Assembly (NCBI RefSeq): GCF_006345805.1
Contig: NC_043004.1
Span: forward strand, 45,446,001-45,510,000
Length of the DNA: 64,000 nucleotides
Direction of reading: 5' to 3'
Origin: Octopus sinensis
Lineage: Eukaryota
A program made the position numbers and the translations under genes. Shown piece by piece: positions 25,783-40,492 of this stretch; the first letter of the stretch is position 1; every line of letters starts with the position of its first letter. Below the pieces are notes generated by a model. It was not told the origin of the DNA. It did not search any database and saw only the letters and a program-made list of their open reading frames with translations.

Positions 25783-28211
25783 CAATGCCTTGTCAGTAGA
25801 ATTTCATAGATAATGTGTAGAAGCCAGTTGTGTAATACACATGTGTGTGTGTCTATATACACATGCACACACACTCACATAGTCATCATCATCATCATCA
25901 TCATTATTTAATGTCCTGTTTTTCCTGGCAAAGTAATAATAACCTAAGGAGGCAAGCCATCAAAATCATTAGCACATTTAGCAAAGTGCTTAGCAGTATA
26001 TTGTCCAACTTCATGGTTTTAGTTCAAATGCCACCAGGTTCAACTTTGCCTTTCATCCCTTTGGGATCGAGAAAAATAAGTAGCAGCTGAACTCTAGGGG
26101 CGGGGGTCAGTGTAATTGACTTATCCTCCACTCCGCCGTCTGCACTTGCTGGTCCTGTGCCAAAATTTGAAACTAATATTTTCTATAACCAGACATGTTT
26201 CATGTGGAGGGCTGGAAATGAACAAAATCACTTATATTATGGTATTGGTTGCTTACAATCATCACATAATGCCAAGACAAAGGCATACACCCTCTCTTCC
26301 ACTCCTTTTGCATTTTCATGAACTCCCTTCTCTTTCACTTTGTTCAGTGTGCACAGTACCACTCCACTTTAAGTCAACACCTTCTACCTTGAAGGTACAC
26401 CCTTGCAGATCTTCACCAGCATTCTCTCTCTCTCTCTCTCTCATCCATGTATCTCTTCTACAAGACACCTGTTTCTGTTGTTTTATGATAGTTTAATCAC
26501 CCATCACCAGACACGTGAATCTCTCAATACCGCTCCTCCTCTCAGTTGAGTACTTTTTGTCTTGTTAATTACTTAGTGACCTTACCAATGCTGGTGCCAT
26601 GTAATAAGGACCCAGAACACTCTGTAAAGTGGTTGGTGTCAGGAAGGCCATCCAGCTATAAAAAAAACTTAGCGGTTCGGCAAAAGAGACTGATAGAATA
26701 AGTTCTAGGCTTACAAAGAATAAGTCCTGGGGTCGATTTCCTCGACTAAAGGCCGTGCTCCAGCATGGCCGCAGTCAAATAACTGAAACAAATAAACAAG
26801 TAAACAAGATATATATTTAGACACACACTGATAATAATCACTGAACAGATGTACATACATTTTACTTGATAAATACTTAAACCTCTTTAAGGATTCTTAA
26901 ATTCAAAATGTTGGATGATTACATTACATGAATGAGGGGTGAGCCTTCTCCTGAAGTCGGCAACAGTTATATTTCAAGTCACATCTCAAAAAATATCTAA
27001 TCTCAATTTTCTTTGGCTAGCGAAGTGTGTGAAAGGAATTATCTTCATTTCATATCTCTCCAGAAATGTTTCCTTTTCAAGAGGTTTACATCACAAATGC
27101 CCTTTTGTTACCCAATATTTCTTTTGAAAAAACAACTGCAATTATTTAAATTAATTTTGAACATAAAGAAGAATTTAGTTCAATAACTTGTTCATTATTC
27201 AGTTGCTAATTGGGATACACATTAAAATGAAATTTTGAGGGAGATTTTAATTTAGATTGCTGTAAATCATGAAACTTCTACCATAGTACCTGGGGTGGTT
27301 TTGGGCAGGTTGGCATCAAAGGGGTTAAACTTATTTTTCTTTGTTTTTCATTCTAGCACAGCCTTTTCTTGTTATTTCTCTCATAAATTCATCAGAACTA
27401 CACTGAAATATTGTAAGCCCATATGGGGTAACTTGATATACTAGAAATAGCAGCCAAATTTTCTTCAAATTACTTTTTACTGTATTGAAAATGAACATTA
27501 TAATTCAAAATAAGCTGGGACAGTCACGACTGGAACACCTTGGGATTAAATACCGACAATGTTCTATATATGTATATGAATAACAGATTATGGCTTCTCA
27601 GCAACAATATTTCCTTGCTAATGTTATTGCTGTTGTTTAACCCTAGGCCATCCCTGGTTGAGCAGACCTAAGAAATAAAACATTCCAGTCAGGACCATCT
27701 CACCTCTTTTTTATATATTTAGAATGTTGTCCAATGTATACTTCCTTTTTTTAGAGACAATAGGATAGGATTTGAAGAATTATAGCAATTATTTCCAATG
27801 GCAACGGATGTATAATCAAAGTTATTCCAGTTAGGAGTGTCCCACTTATATTGCATATTTGGAACATTGTCCAATGAGTCCTCTCTTATTCAGCTGTAGA
27901 AGCCATGCCAAAAGCAGACACTGGAGTTGATGCAGTTCTTGGATTCATTCTGTCCTTGTCAAACTGTGGAAGCCATGCCAGCATGGAACACGGATGTTAG
28001 ATAATAGCGAAGACGATGACGATGATGATGATGATGATGATGAATTGAAAACAACCAACAAATATATAAAATGGCAGTTGTAATTATCATACATGAATAC
28101 GCTTGACCTGATGCCATCAAATGAGGATGACAATGATGGAATACACACACATGCATATATACATAAAGACGTGCATAAATACACATCCACTTATGTGTAT
28201 ATACATACACA

Positions 28212-28372
28212 GGTGCAGGCATGGCTGTGTGGTAATAAGCTTGTTTCCCAACCACATGGTTCCGGGTTCAGTCTCTCTGCATGTCACCTTGTGCAAGTGT
28301 TTTCTACTATAGCATTTGGCTGACCAAAGCATTGTGAGTGGATTTGGCAGATGGAAACTGAAAGAAGCCCAT

Positions 28373-28413
<41 letters not shown>

Positions 28414-28895
28414 AAAGTTTACAAAAAAAACAAAAGACGAAGACAGGTGGTGTACAAAACAAACAGATGTATTAGTATAACGCTCAAGAATAGAAAAAGT
28501 CTTTTACGTTTCGAGCCTACGCTCTTCTACAGAAAGGGACACAGAAAAAACAAGGAGAGAAAAAAATGTTTGTAGTGGCTAACTATCTATCATAGCAGTG
28601 TGTGTGTATGTATGCATGTTTATCTATGTGTGTATGTATGTATATATGCAGGTATATCTATGTGTGTGTGTGTGTGTGTATGTATGTATTTGTCCCCTGA
28701 CATCACTGTTTGACAACTGGTGTTGGTATGTTTGCATCCCCATAACTTAGCAGTTTGGCAAAATACACCACCAATAGAATAAGTACCAGGTTTTCAAAAT
28801 ATAAGTACTGGGGGTCACTTCAAACCCACTAAAAATTCAAGGCAGTGCCCCAGCATGGCCACAGTCTAATGATTGAAACAAACAAGAGATAAAAA
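28212..28895 (+). mobile_element. SINE family A split by a hammerhead-bearing insert (~28410-28590)
   Basis: Head at 28212-28375; 3' half resumes after ~28600. Confidence 0.8.
28501..28536 (-). ncRNA. Minimal type-I hammerhead ribozyme-like motif
   Basis: CUUU CUGUAGA A GAGC GUAG GCUC GAAA CG UA^ AAAG: stems I and II and a palindromic ACGU stem III; one core substitution (A6U). Confidence 0.6.
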
Positions 28896-30086
28896 AATAA
28901 GAGCAAGATGCTGCATGTTATTTACAGATTTCATAAAGAAGCAGTGGAGTGAAGTCTCTTGCTCAAGGGTGCAGTATGACACCTGTTGCAATATGGAAAT
29001 GAACATCAAAATTACTCTATACCTGGCATAGTTAATTAACTCGTCTCTCAAGTTTCAAATTGTTTACTGATAGTCGACTTAAATAACTAAATGGAATAAA
29101 GTTACTTGCTGAAGAGTACTGAAGACTGTGTCTGTCACCAGACAGGTTACAAATTAACATTTGAACTCTGGCTCAATTTAATTGTAGAAATCACATTATT
29201 GATTCCGGAAGATGGCAATAGAAGTCATTTATCTTGCTGATGGACATGTAACCTCCTGGTGCTGATAATGATAATGCACAAGCAGAAGAGTGGAGGGTGG
29301 GGTGGGGTTCCATTTTATGTCCTGGCAGTTTTCTTGTTGTTTAGTATCTTCTCTAGGAAATATTAACAGATTAAGTATTATTGGACAATATGGGCGTGTT
29401 TCTAAGAACTTTGCTTCACAGAGATGTGTTTGCAAGTTCAATCCCATTGCACAACTTTCTGGGTCATCCTAAGTTCTGTGATATAAATTTTGGTTGAGAG
29501 AACCTATCTAGAAGCCATAAATATGTATGCACACATATATGAGAGTGTTTGCTTTTACTATCTATTTCAATACATATATTTGTGTCTGTTTCTTGCTGAC
29601 TCTCACTTTTATTTCATAGCCCACCTCTACTTTTGTCTATCTCTGCCATTGCCAGTTACCCACACACCCCTGAACTTCACCTAAATAACACTTTTTGTCC
29701 ACTATACTCTTGCCCTTTTCACCCACTCACTCTTACCTTTAGCCATTGCCAGTCATACTCCCCTCAACACTGTCCACTCCTGCATAACCCTGTCTTCTTT
29801 CCGGCATACTTTTGTTCCTTCTTCCCCAGTCCCCACACATTCTTGTCCTATTATCATTGTTCTTTCTCTCCAGCTCCTTCCCACCTCAGTCACCTGAGCA
29901 AACATACCTGCCCCAGGTAACTCAGTTACCTCCAGCATTTATGCTGACATTTACAATCCTGTTTCCCTTCTTTCAAATACCCACTTCTGGCTGTTCTGGC
30001 CATCATTGTTCATTTTCCCTTCCTATATCAATATATATGCTTTAGGTTACTAAATATTCTCAGTACCTTGGTTGTGTATCAGTCCG

Positions 30087-30470
30087 TTACCAAAGAAGCT
30101 TGAGAGGCGGTTGGATGGAACCTACACTCGCCTCCTTATGAGAGCTCAAAATCTCTCATGGAAGCGCCATCCAACCAAAATGCAAATATATGGGAAACTA
30201 CCACCTGTGTCATCTCTTGTGAAAGGTAGGAGAGTCCAGTTTGCTGGACATTGTTGTAGAGCTGAAAAAGAAGTAATTTCTACTCTTCTCCTCTGGAAGC
30301 CATCTACTCGCAAATACCAGAGGGCGCACACTCTCCTACCCTGATGTAATCTCCAGGGGTACAGGCATCCAGCAACAGGACCTCCGTAATGCCATGATGG
30401 ACCGTGAAGTCTGGCGTAGCATGGTAAATTCCATTGTCTTGACCACGGTCGAACAATGATGATGATGATT
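30087..30470 (+). mobile_element. RTE-clade LINE 3' fragment
   Basis: KKLERRLDGTYTRLLMRA...RRVQFAGHCCR; (GAT)n tail; AGTCCG TSD; near-identical to 60108-60635. Confidence 0.9.
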
Positions 30471-31675
30471 AGTCCGATCCATTATCTGCTTTCTGAACTG
30501 AAAAGTGATTAGCTAAATGAGTAAAGCGACTTTAGGTTTATGACCTCCACTTTGTCCTTTCTCACCAAGGACTTTTCACACTCTTCTTCTAGTGCTGGTG
30601 CCACAAGGAAATGCATTCAGTACATTTTGCAAAGTGGTTAGCATTAAGATAGACATCCAGCAGATTTGGAAACCATTTAGAATGATTGCAGCAAATGGTT
30701 TTTATAGAATATTAACACTATTTGATCATACACCTTAAGGTGTCTTTTCTAGCGCTATCAATTGTTTATTTGATTCACCACATGTAAAGTGATTGGCTAA
30801 ATGAGGAGGTTTACAAAGTTCCCCACCCCAACTGCACCCTCCAGGTCTTGTCTCATCAAAGACTACACACCCTGTTCTAGTGCTGGTGCCACCAGGAAAT
30901 GCACCCAGTACACTCTGCAAAATAGTTGGCATTATGAAAGATATCCAGCAGATACAGAAACCAAGTCAAATGAAAAATACCTGAACTTAGTCTTTGCTCT
31001 CAAGCAAAGGTGACTCCGGCCATGGTAACCCATCCTACCCATATCACCATGGAAAGCTGACATAAAATGACGACAACAATGATGATGATGATGGTGATGA
31101 TGATGAAGGTTGTTGAAACCATGGTTCTTGACAGAACCTTTGAACCAGCGCCTCAGATACCTTGCACCTTCCTACATAGCACAATAATGATGATAGTAAT
31201 AATAATAATAATAATATAATAATAATAATAATAGTAATAATAGTAATAATGGCTAATAATGTCATCATAGGAACCAACCTTTTAACATTCAGGATAGATT
31301 TTTATACATTGAAAGAGCATTAAATATTATTTGATGTTTAGAACAATGATATATATTTCACTCGGAGCAGATAAAAAGCACTTAATTAGATGCTAAAATG
31401 TTGCAGTTACTGCACCAGTTGTGAAATGCATCATTAAACACCAGATTTTCAGTTCTTTACTACATCATAAAAATATCATACGTACATTTTTGAAGAATTA
31501 TTACCAGTTAGTGCTGATGGGGTAGGTTGTGGGGCTGGGCTACTTTTTAATACTGCTACATTTTTAATGCATGTGCACGTATGTGTATATCTGTATGCAT
31601 ACACCTGTGTGTGTGTATGTATGCATATGCACACATGAATGTGTTTGCTTGCATGTATGTATGTAAGTGTGTACA

Positions 31676-31725
<50 letters not shown>

Positions 31726-31732
31726 TATATGC

Positions 31733-31763
<31 letters not shown>

Positions 31764-32002
31764 TGTATATATATGCACACACACATGCATATATATATGT
31801 GTGTATATGCTTATGCATATTGACATATATTTATATGCATACATGTATGAAAATGAGTATATACAGACTGTATATAAGTATGCATGTGTTTGTGTATTTA
31901 TATGTATATGCCTATGAATATGGCTGTATACGTATAGAATAGGTGTGTGTATGTATGTGTATAGATAGATTAATAGACAGAATCTATATATTCATGTGTG
32001 TC

Positions 32003-32071
<69 letters not shown>

Positions 32072-32159
32072 GTATATATCATATATTAGCATATGTATAT
32101 TATCTATACATCTATGTGTGTGTCTATGAATAACAGTATATATCATCATCATCATCACC

Positions 32160-32191
<32 letters not shown>

Positions 32192-32417
32192 CCTTTAACA
32201 TCCGTTTTCCACACTGGTATGGGGTGTGTATATTTGTATATATATATATGTGTGAGCATACACACATTTCCAATTTTTGTTATCTGTTGTACCCCCCCAC
32301 CACCTCTTTCTTTCATATCCTATAATAATGGATTTTGTTGAAACTGTTTTTCTCATATTGTATACGTAATACACATACAAGCAAAGGCACACGGTCGAAT
32401 ACACCAAATATATATAC

Positions 32418-32458
<41 letters not shown>

Positions 32459-32918
32459 TATTTGTGTGTTTATATGTGACTGTGCATTCATACATACACA
32501 CTATACAGACACGTGTGTATGTGTGAATGCACAGTCACATATAAACACACAAATATATATATTTATATATATACACATGCGTCTGTATAGTGTGTATGTA
32601 TAGACTAAATTTGCATATATATGTACCATATATATGTGTGTGTGTGTGGTGTGTGTGTGTGTAGCATTCACACCACATATTTATGTATGCTACTAAGTTA
32701 CTACTCTTACCACCACACACACATAGACTTTATTATTCAGTGAACCATGAATTGACCTGTTGAACACCTCTTTGAGCTAAAAATGTCCAACAAGGTTAGT
32801 GTTCCTGAATTTATGTAATAATAAAGGAAAACTAACACTAGCCACAAACACATTTATGCATGCATATATTAACACACACACACACACATCTATATATACA
32901 TATACAGTGTATGTGTGT

Positions 32919-32957
<39 letters not shown>

Positions 32958-33304
32958 ATATATATATATTATATATATATATATACATACATCATACATA
33001 CATACATACATATACATACATCATACATACATACATACATATACATACATCATACATACATACATACATACATAAATACAGAGAGCGAGAGAGACTGAGT
33101 TGCATGAATATGTGCACACACACACACACATGCATATATATATATTCACATCTGTATGAATACACATACACACACACACACGCACAGAGGCACACAGACA
33201 TATACATGGTAAAGCAACAGGCAAGTTATTATTGCCACCACCATCAAAATCTAAAAAAAACATTATCTGCTAATGTTTTTAAATTCTCTTTTACGTCACC
33301 ACTC

Positions 33305-33815
33305 CTCAAGAAAGGCATGAATACCACTACAGCAAATTTTTCAATCCTGCTGCCACCATCCTAAATTGCCATCACCACCACCACCTTGACCGACGAAAGC
33401 AAGACCCACTGTGTCTGCCATATTTTGAATTCTTCTACTTGTTCTTATTTCTCCTTTAAGAAATGTATGAATGTCACTACAACTATTTTTCCGTTTCGCG
33501 ACCTTTCTTCTGCCACCCAAAAACCACCAGCACCACCTTGACTAAAAGAATGAGAAACAGCAGTGCTTGCCATCATGTTCTAAATTCTTCCACTTGCTAT
33601 TATGATTCCCTCGAGAAAGGCATGAATATCACTACAGCTATTTTTCCATTCTGCTATCATTCTTCTACTATCACCACCACCACTACCACCACCACCACCA
33701 CCACCTTGACTAAAAGAATGGGAAACAGCAGTGTTTGCCATCATGTTCTAAATTCTTCCACTTACTATTATGACTCCCTAGAGAAAGGCATGAATATCAC
33801 TACAGCTATTTTTCC
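33305..33815. repeat. Tandem repeat, ~150-168-bp unit, ~3.3 copies
   Basis: GAAAGGCATGAATA-like anchor at ~33305, 33454, 33610 and 33778. Confidence 0.85.
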
Positions 33816-34498
33816 CCCATACAGCTGACATTCCTCCACCTCACCGACCCCTACCAACGCCCCCACGCCTACCCCCAAAACCTCAAACCCCTACCACTAC
33901 CACCACCACCACCACCACCACCACCACCTGCCACTGCCACTTCTCTTTTTCCTCTCCTGAAATCTATAGGACTGTTCAGGTTGATGAATATGTCTTTGAT
34001 GGCATCAGGTCAAGCAATAGACTCTATTTATCACGCCAGTGTACAGTGTGTAGGATGATAAATAGCAAAACACTCCCGAGCAATTATAAAACACAGCAAA
34101 AATAAAGATGAAAGCAGAATAATTAACTAACGCCGCACCACTCCTCTCCCTACCACCACACCACACCACACCGTACCACACCACACCTCACCTCACCTCA
34201 CCTTACCACACCTCACCTCACCTTGCCACTCCATTCCACTTGACATAAATCAGTCATGATGATACCGTGGAAGGTTGTAGTGATTGTGGTGGTGGTAGTG
34301 GTAGTGGTGGTAGTTGTAGTGGTGGTGCTGCTACTGGTGGTGGATGCAGTGTGAATGGAACAGAGGGGAGCAGAATGGAGTGGAGCGAAACGGGGGAGTA
34401 TTTACCTGTTTGATGTACGTCTGTCAAGTGTGGATACTGATGTCATTCTGTTCCAGTAATTGCAGCTTTGTAAATAATATGCTGCAATCTCAGCCATA

Positions 34499-34536
<38 letters not shown>

Positions 34537-34956
34537 CAACAATGACTGACTTTTATGATGTTGTTGTTGATGATGATGATGATGATACCGATACTGTTGC
34601 TCAGTAATACAGAAAGTTGATGTTGCATATGTATGTGCACACATGTTTATGTTCATGCGTTTATGTGCAAGACAGGGCATGCATACATGCATGCATGCAT
34701 GAATGCGTGCACATGTGTCTGTATATGTTGATGCATATGTAATATTTGTATGGATGTAGGGTTGTATGTGTGTGTGTGTGATACAATGTCTTGTTTTACC
34801 CCCAGATCATTTCTGATATAAAGCAGACTTTTGATCAAAATCATTCTATCCCTGGCCATTCTGTGTTTTTTTGTGTGTGTGTGTGTGACTGTATCTTGAA
34901 CTACATTGTCAGGTGTATGCTTCACTTTTTAGTAGTGCTCAACTTTTTAAAATATG

Positions 34957-35396
34957 GGATCTTTTCCATCTCAAGCACAGATTAAAAAATTTTTTAAAAT
35001 TAAACACTTTGAAACTTCGGATACTGGTTGAATATGTCAGAGGTTTTTCTATTCTGTATATGAAAAAGTTTGGCTAATTTTTCTAGCAGGTCATGAAACC
35101 ACATACAGGCTTCATCGTTGGTCTGTCTCAATAATAATTTTGTAAGAATAACGAGCCAGAAGTTGTTCGCAAACAGCAGCAGTAACTTTCTTCTGCTGAA
35201 TACACGTCATTGATTGGTTAAGATTACCAAAATACGACATCTTTAACATGAAATAACTTCTAAAATACAAAATTTTGAACAAAATGTTAAGAGTAAACTC
35301 TGTTCTATGTGAGACATTCTACCAGTATCTCAAGTTTCAAAGTGTTTAATTAAAAAAGATTAATTGAAAAATCTGTGCTTCAGATGGAAAAGCTCC
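34957..35396. mobile_element. MITE, Merlin-like
   Basis: GG...CC termini, ~90-bp imperfect TIRs, 8-bp TSD AAAATATG; shares AAACTTCG.ATACTGGT.GAAT with 5927-6341. Confidence 0.85.
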
Positions 35397-36978
35397 AAAA
35401 TATGATTTAAGGAAGATTTGGCTATGATTTCTGGCAGATTGGGTGACCACATAAACCTCCCATCTGTTGTTGTAAAGACAGAATGTTATATAAACAGTTT
35501 ACATAGTTGTTTCATACACACATCTTACTGAATAGTTGCAGCAAATGCTTTTATAGAGTGTTACCATTACTTGCTCATATACCTTCAAGTGTTCTTTCTG
35601 ACACCTTATCAATTGTGCATTTGGGCCTATGATTTTAATTCAATATTCTTTGAGTTGCCATAGCTGCTAGAAAAAGATACTATGTCATGTGATATTGTTA
35701 CATGTGATTGAAATGGTATCGTAGCTTATGAAAGGTGGTGGATTTCTGTTGGCTCGACTTTATGCTACCCTGAAGCTTTTGCTAAATTATGAGCTGTTAA
35801 AATGTTAAGGCTACAAGAAGTATTTTACATTTACACTTGGTGTGGGTGCTGGTGTCGTGTGCAAAGCACTCAGAACACTCTGTAAAGTGGTTGGCATTAG
35901 GAAGGGCATCCAGCTGTAGAAACCAAGCCAGAACAGTCCATGGAACCTAGTTGCAGCCCCTGGCCTTGTCAACCCCAGTCAAGTTGTCCAACCCATGCCA
36001 GCAACAGAAGCAGACATTAAATCGTGATGATGATGATGATGATCTAGACAACCACTTTTTATATTCTTTTTAGGTTGTATTTCTAATGAAATAAAATTTT
36101 AATAGAACTTTCAGAAAATAATTGATAACTTTTGAGAGAGATGTAGTAATGACTTTTTCATTATTAATCTTTGTTTTCTTTTAAATCACTTATTCAGAAG
36201 GATGGCCAGTATCCATAATTCTTTACAGAGCCTCTGAATCTATGGGGAGCAAAGCCTAAACAGTCTGGTGGAAATTGATGAGGTTTGATAGACATAGCTG
36301 TATTGTTAAGTACTTCACTTCCCAACCACTTGATTTCAGGTTCAGTCCCATTGTGTGGTACCCTGGGCAACTGTCTTCTGCTATAGCCCCAGGCTGAGCA
36401 AAACCTTGTAAGGGGATTTGGTCAAGAAAATGAGTAAATGAATGTGTGTGTGTACATAAGTGTGTGTGTGTGTTTGTTTCCTTGTCTTGACATTGCATAA
36501 TAGTTGTAAACAAGCATCACCTTCATACAAGTGTGTTGTTTGTTTCTAAGCTTTTATGAAAGCATATCTGGCCAGTGAGAACTGTTGCATCGAGGGTTGG
36601 CGACAGGAAGTGCATCCAATCACAAGATCTCTCTCTTAATCAATTCCACCTGATCCGTGCAAGCAGGGAAAAGAGAACTTTGAATTAATAATGATGATGA
36701 TGATGATAGTGTAGCAGGAGGAGAAAGAGGAGGGAGCACTGGAAGAGGAGGAGGAAAGTACATGTGTTTCATAGTGCTTGTGTGCAAATGTGAAATACTT
36801 AAGTTTACATTGCCTCAGCTAACCTTGCTGTTTATTAGAATTACCAAATTTTGTAGATAAAGGTCAATAAGGCAGATTGCTCATTGATACATACTTCAGG
36901 ACTTGAAAGGTTAACAAATTGATTTCTATTCATTGCACCAGTGTTAAGGATAATTAAACATTTATAACCTTCCCCCCA

Positions 36979-37035
<57 letters not shown>

Positions 37036-37219
37036 TCAGGGCTGACCGAGGGCTCTATAACAATCTGTCCCTCTCCACCTCTCTCTCTCCCTCTTTTGGT
37101 TGGTCTGTGTAACTTAATGTGTTTCAGGCTTAAAGGCCTTTCTACTGCCAAGTTTCCATCTATCTTCAGATAGCTTTCTTTATGTAATTGTATATCTATT
37201 TAAATATGTGCCTGTTTTC

Positions 37220-37269
<50 letters not shown>

Positions 37270-37385
37270 CTTCTTATATATATGCACATATACCGAACTA
37301 CCTATCTTTTCACATATCTCCCTCTCTATATATAAATGTATGTATATTTACAACTACCTACCTATTGGCATATTTTATCTCCCTC

Positions 37386-37446
<61 letters not shown>

Positions 37447-38146
37447 AGTGTGTGTATATATATATATATCTAGCTAGCTGTTTATTTACCTTTCTAATTA
37501 TCGATCTTTATATGCATATCTGCAGTTATCTCGTTATCTCTCTAAATCAGTCAGTCAGTCAATCAATCAATCGACTTCTCTTTGTCTATCACCATACCCA
37601 TCCATCTGTCATGACTTCCCTCATCAGTCACATGTGAACAGTTTAAGCAATCAATTGATCACATATCAAATCTTATTGATTCTTATTTACTCATCTATTT
37701 GCTCTGCTATTTGTTTTACCTAAGTTCAATCTCTATAAACTGAAGATTGCAGACAGGGAAACAGTATTCCACCAGTAATAGCCGAAATCCTCATTAACCA
37801 AACGATGTATCTTACACGCAGTTTAATTTGATTGAAATTCTTAGCCAAGCCAGAAACTTTACATTCCTCTTGGGAAACATCAGTTCCTCACTTCCATGAT
37901 TAAAACCATGAAATCTGTGTTCTCTTGATCAAATTTTATGCTTTATTTATACTTCTTTTGTATTTGCTTTCTGTATTTTACATTCATCATCATTTTGAGA
38001 CTGGATTTAGAAAAGGTAGATTTTAGCAGAAGCAGTTATGTCTTTCAATCCACACACACACACAATTACGTGTGTACTGTATAATCCAGCATAGAAGTCA
38101 AACTTTTCAGACCAAAATTTACAGCTAAAAGTGCAAGGTTGACGTA

Positions 38147-38656
38147 CCGTAAATCCTCGAGTATATTGTCCGCCCTTGAGTATAATACGCAGGTGATTTT
38201 TTGGGGGCTGTACCTCTCAAAAGCCTAAACCTTGTGTATAATATGCACCCCTTCTCTAACTTGAGTTAAAGAGGTCTATATAACGTCCTTGGTTTGTAAA
38301 AATGTATACAGTAACGTCCTTTATTATTATTGTATATATAACATAATGCTAACATCTAGCTTTTTTGAGCATTTTGTTTGCAGAAAATAAAGAAATAACA
38401 GTAATGACATTTAATAAATGTTGCTTATTGCAAGTTATGGATGATTCTATGACTTCATTGCTTACAGGCTTAGTTTAAGGTATTTTCGTGCTCGACATCA
38501 CAAAATGCGTCTGAATAAAAATTGCTGGACAGCAAATAGAGACTCGGACATTGCTTAGAAATATTTTTCATTTTTAACCTCGTATATAGTACACAGTAGG
38601 GATTTTGACCGTAAAATTTGGGGAAAATAATGCGGATTATACTCGAGGATTTATGG
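38147..38656. mobile_element. Tc1/mariner-superfamily (Tc2-like) MITE
   Basis: TA TSD, TIR CCGTAAATCCTCGAGTATA; second copy at 58426-58923. Confidence 0.9.
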
Positions 38657-39244
38657 TATACAGCAAGACAACTTTAGAAGACCAAAAATTCCACATGAAA
38701 TGCTGCAGGATATGGAAAGATAGTGAAAATATTTGAATGTTTATGCTATTTGTTTACACTATATACTTCATTGACTTAAGGAAGATTTGGCTATGTACCT
38801 GTGTGTACCTGTGTGTCTGTTTGCATTTTTATACAATGAGAGGTGTTGTTGTTGTTGTCAGTTTTTTTAGTTTTTTTGGCTGTGTTCTTTTTTTCCCCCT
38901 GTTGACCACTTGTCTGCTCACTTTGTACTTTCAAATACATTTGAAATAGAAGATCCCATCTTTAAGAAACACATCAGGGTTACAGAAAGGAATGATGCCT
39001 GCCTATGAATCACTCAATAATATGTTCATCTGATTCATGGCAACCATAGTAAAAACATTGAATGTAAAACATAGCTAGCCAAAATTTTGAAGTCACTGCT
39101 AATAAAATATTCTTGTTTAGGAATAATAAATTTCTATGCTACAAAAGTATAGAGTAAATTCAGATTAAATTGAAATTGTTTTTATCATAACTAAACATAA
39201 AAGCAAACATGAATAAATATATATATGTATATGTGTGTGTGTAT

Positions 39245-39275
<31 letters not shown>

Positions 39276-39397
39276 TATATACACAAATATATATATGCAC
39301 ACACACCTGTACATTCATATAGATATATTTAGTCATGAAAATTCCAAGATTCCATATACATATATATATACACGCACACACAAACACACTCACACAG

Positions 39398-39435
<38 letters not shown>

Positions 39436-40454
39436 TATATATATATATATATATATACACACACATATATACACAAATACGTATATGCACACACACACAT
39501 ATGTACATTCATATAGATATATTTAGTCATGAAAATTCCAAGATTCCATCATAATCTGAGCTTCATGGCTTTATTTACAGTTTTGCAATATTACATATGT
39601 AATCGATTTTTGAACCCTGTTGGTTTATCATCAGGGAGGTCCACATCACTTCACCAAGTGATGAAACACCTCTGATAAGTTTTGAAAATCAATTCCCATT
39701 ATCGTAACATGTAATATTGTAAAATTTGTGAAAAACGCAAAATTAAAATTTGAACGTCCAACTATGTTGGAATTTCATCGACTATATTTACCCGTACACA
39801 ATCATACAAACTTTCATATACACATATTTTTATATGTATGTATGTACACTCACACACACACTTTAGTCAATACTCTGTCTAGTTTTTTTATTCTTTAGTC
39901 CCCATCTTTTACAATTCTTATTTGAATGAATAGTTTGCTCATTAGCACAATTATATTTTTACCTCTCTCGTTTAGGATATTTCCACAGCTCCCCCACCCC
40001 ATGTTACACACACACACACACAGACCGACCACACCTATAATAATTGTATTCTCTTACACATTATTTCATATTACCCATTTTGCATCCTCATCTGTCTCAG
40101 CATCTCTTCCCCGTTTCTATGTTTGCCTAATGTGGATGCTGCATTTTTTTCGGCCCATCTTCTACTGTGAATTTCTGTCTTTCTTTCTCCCTCTCTCTAC
40201 TGTCTCTTTCTATTCACTCTCCCCTTCCTTGCTCTACTATCTCTTTCTGTTCATTCTCTCCTCCCTCTGTCCACTCTCTCTCTCTCTCTCTCACACATAT
40301 ACACCTTTTTCTTTTCTTTTTTCTTCCAATCTCACTTTATACTTCTGCCTGTCTGTGTTTTTCTTTCTTTATATCTCTTCATATATCTTTCTATTTAAAT
40401 GCTCATCATCTCCTTCTTTGTCTTCTCTCTCTCTCTCTCTTTCTCTGTATGTAT

Positions 40455-40492
<38 letters not shown>

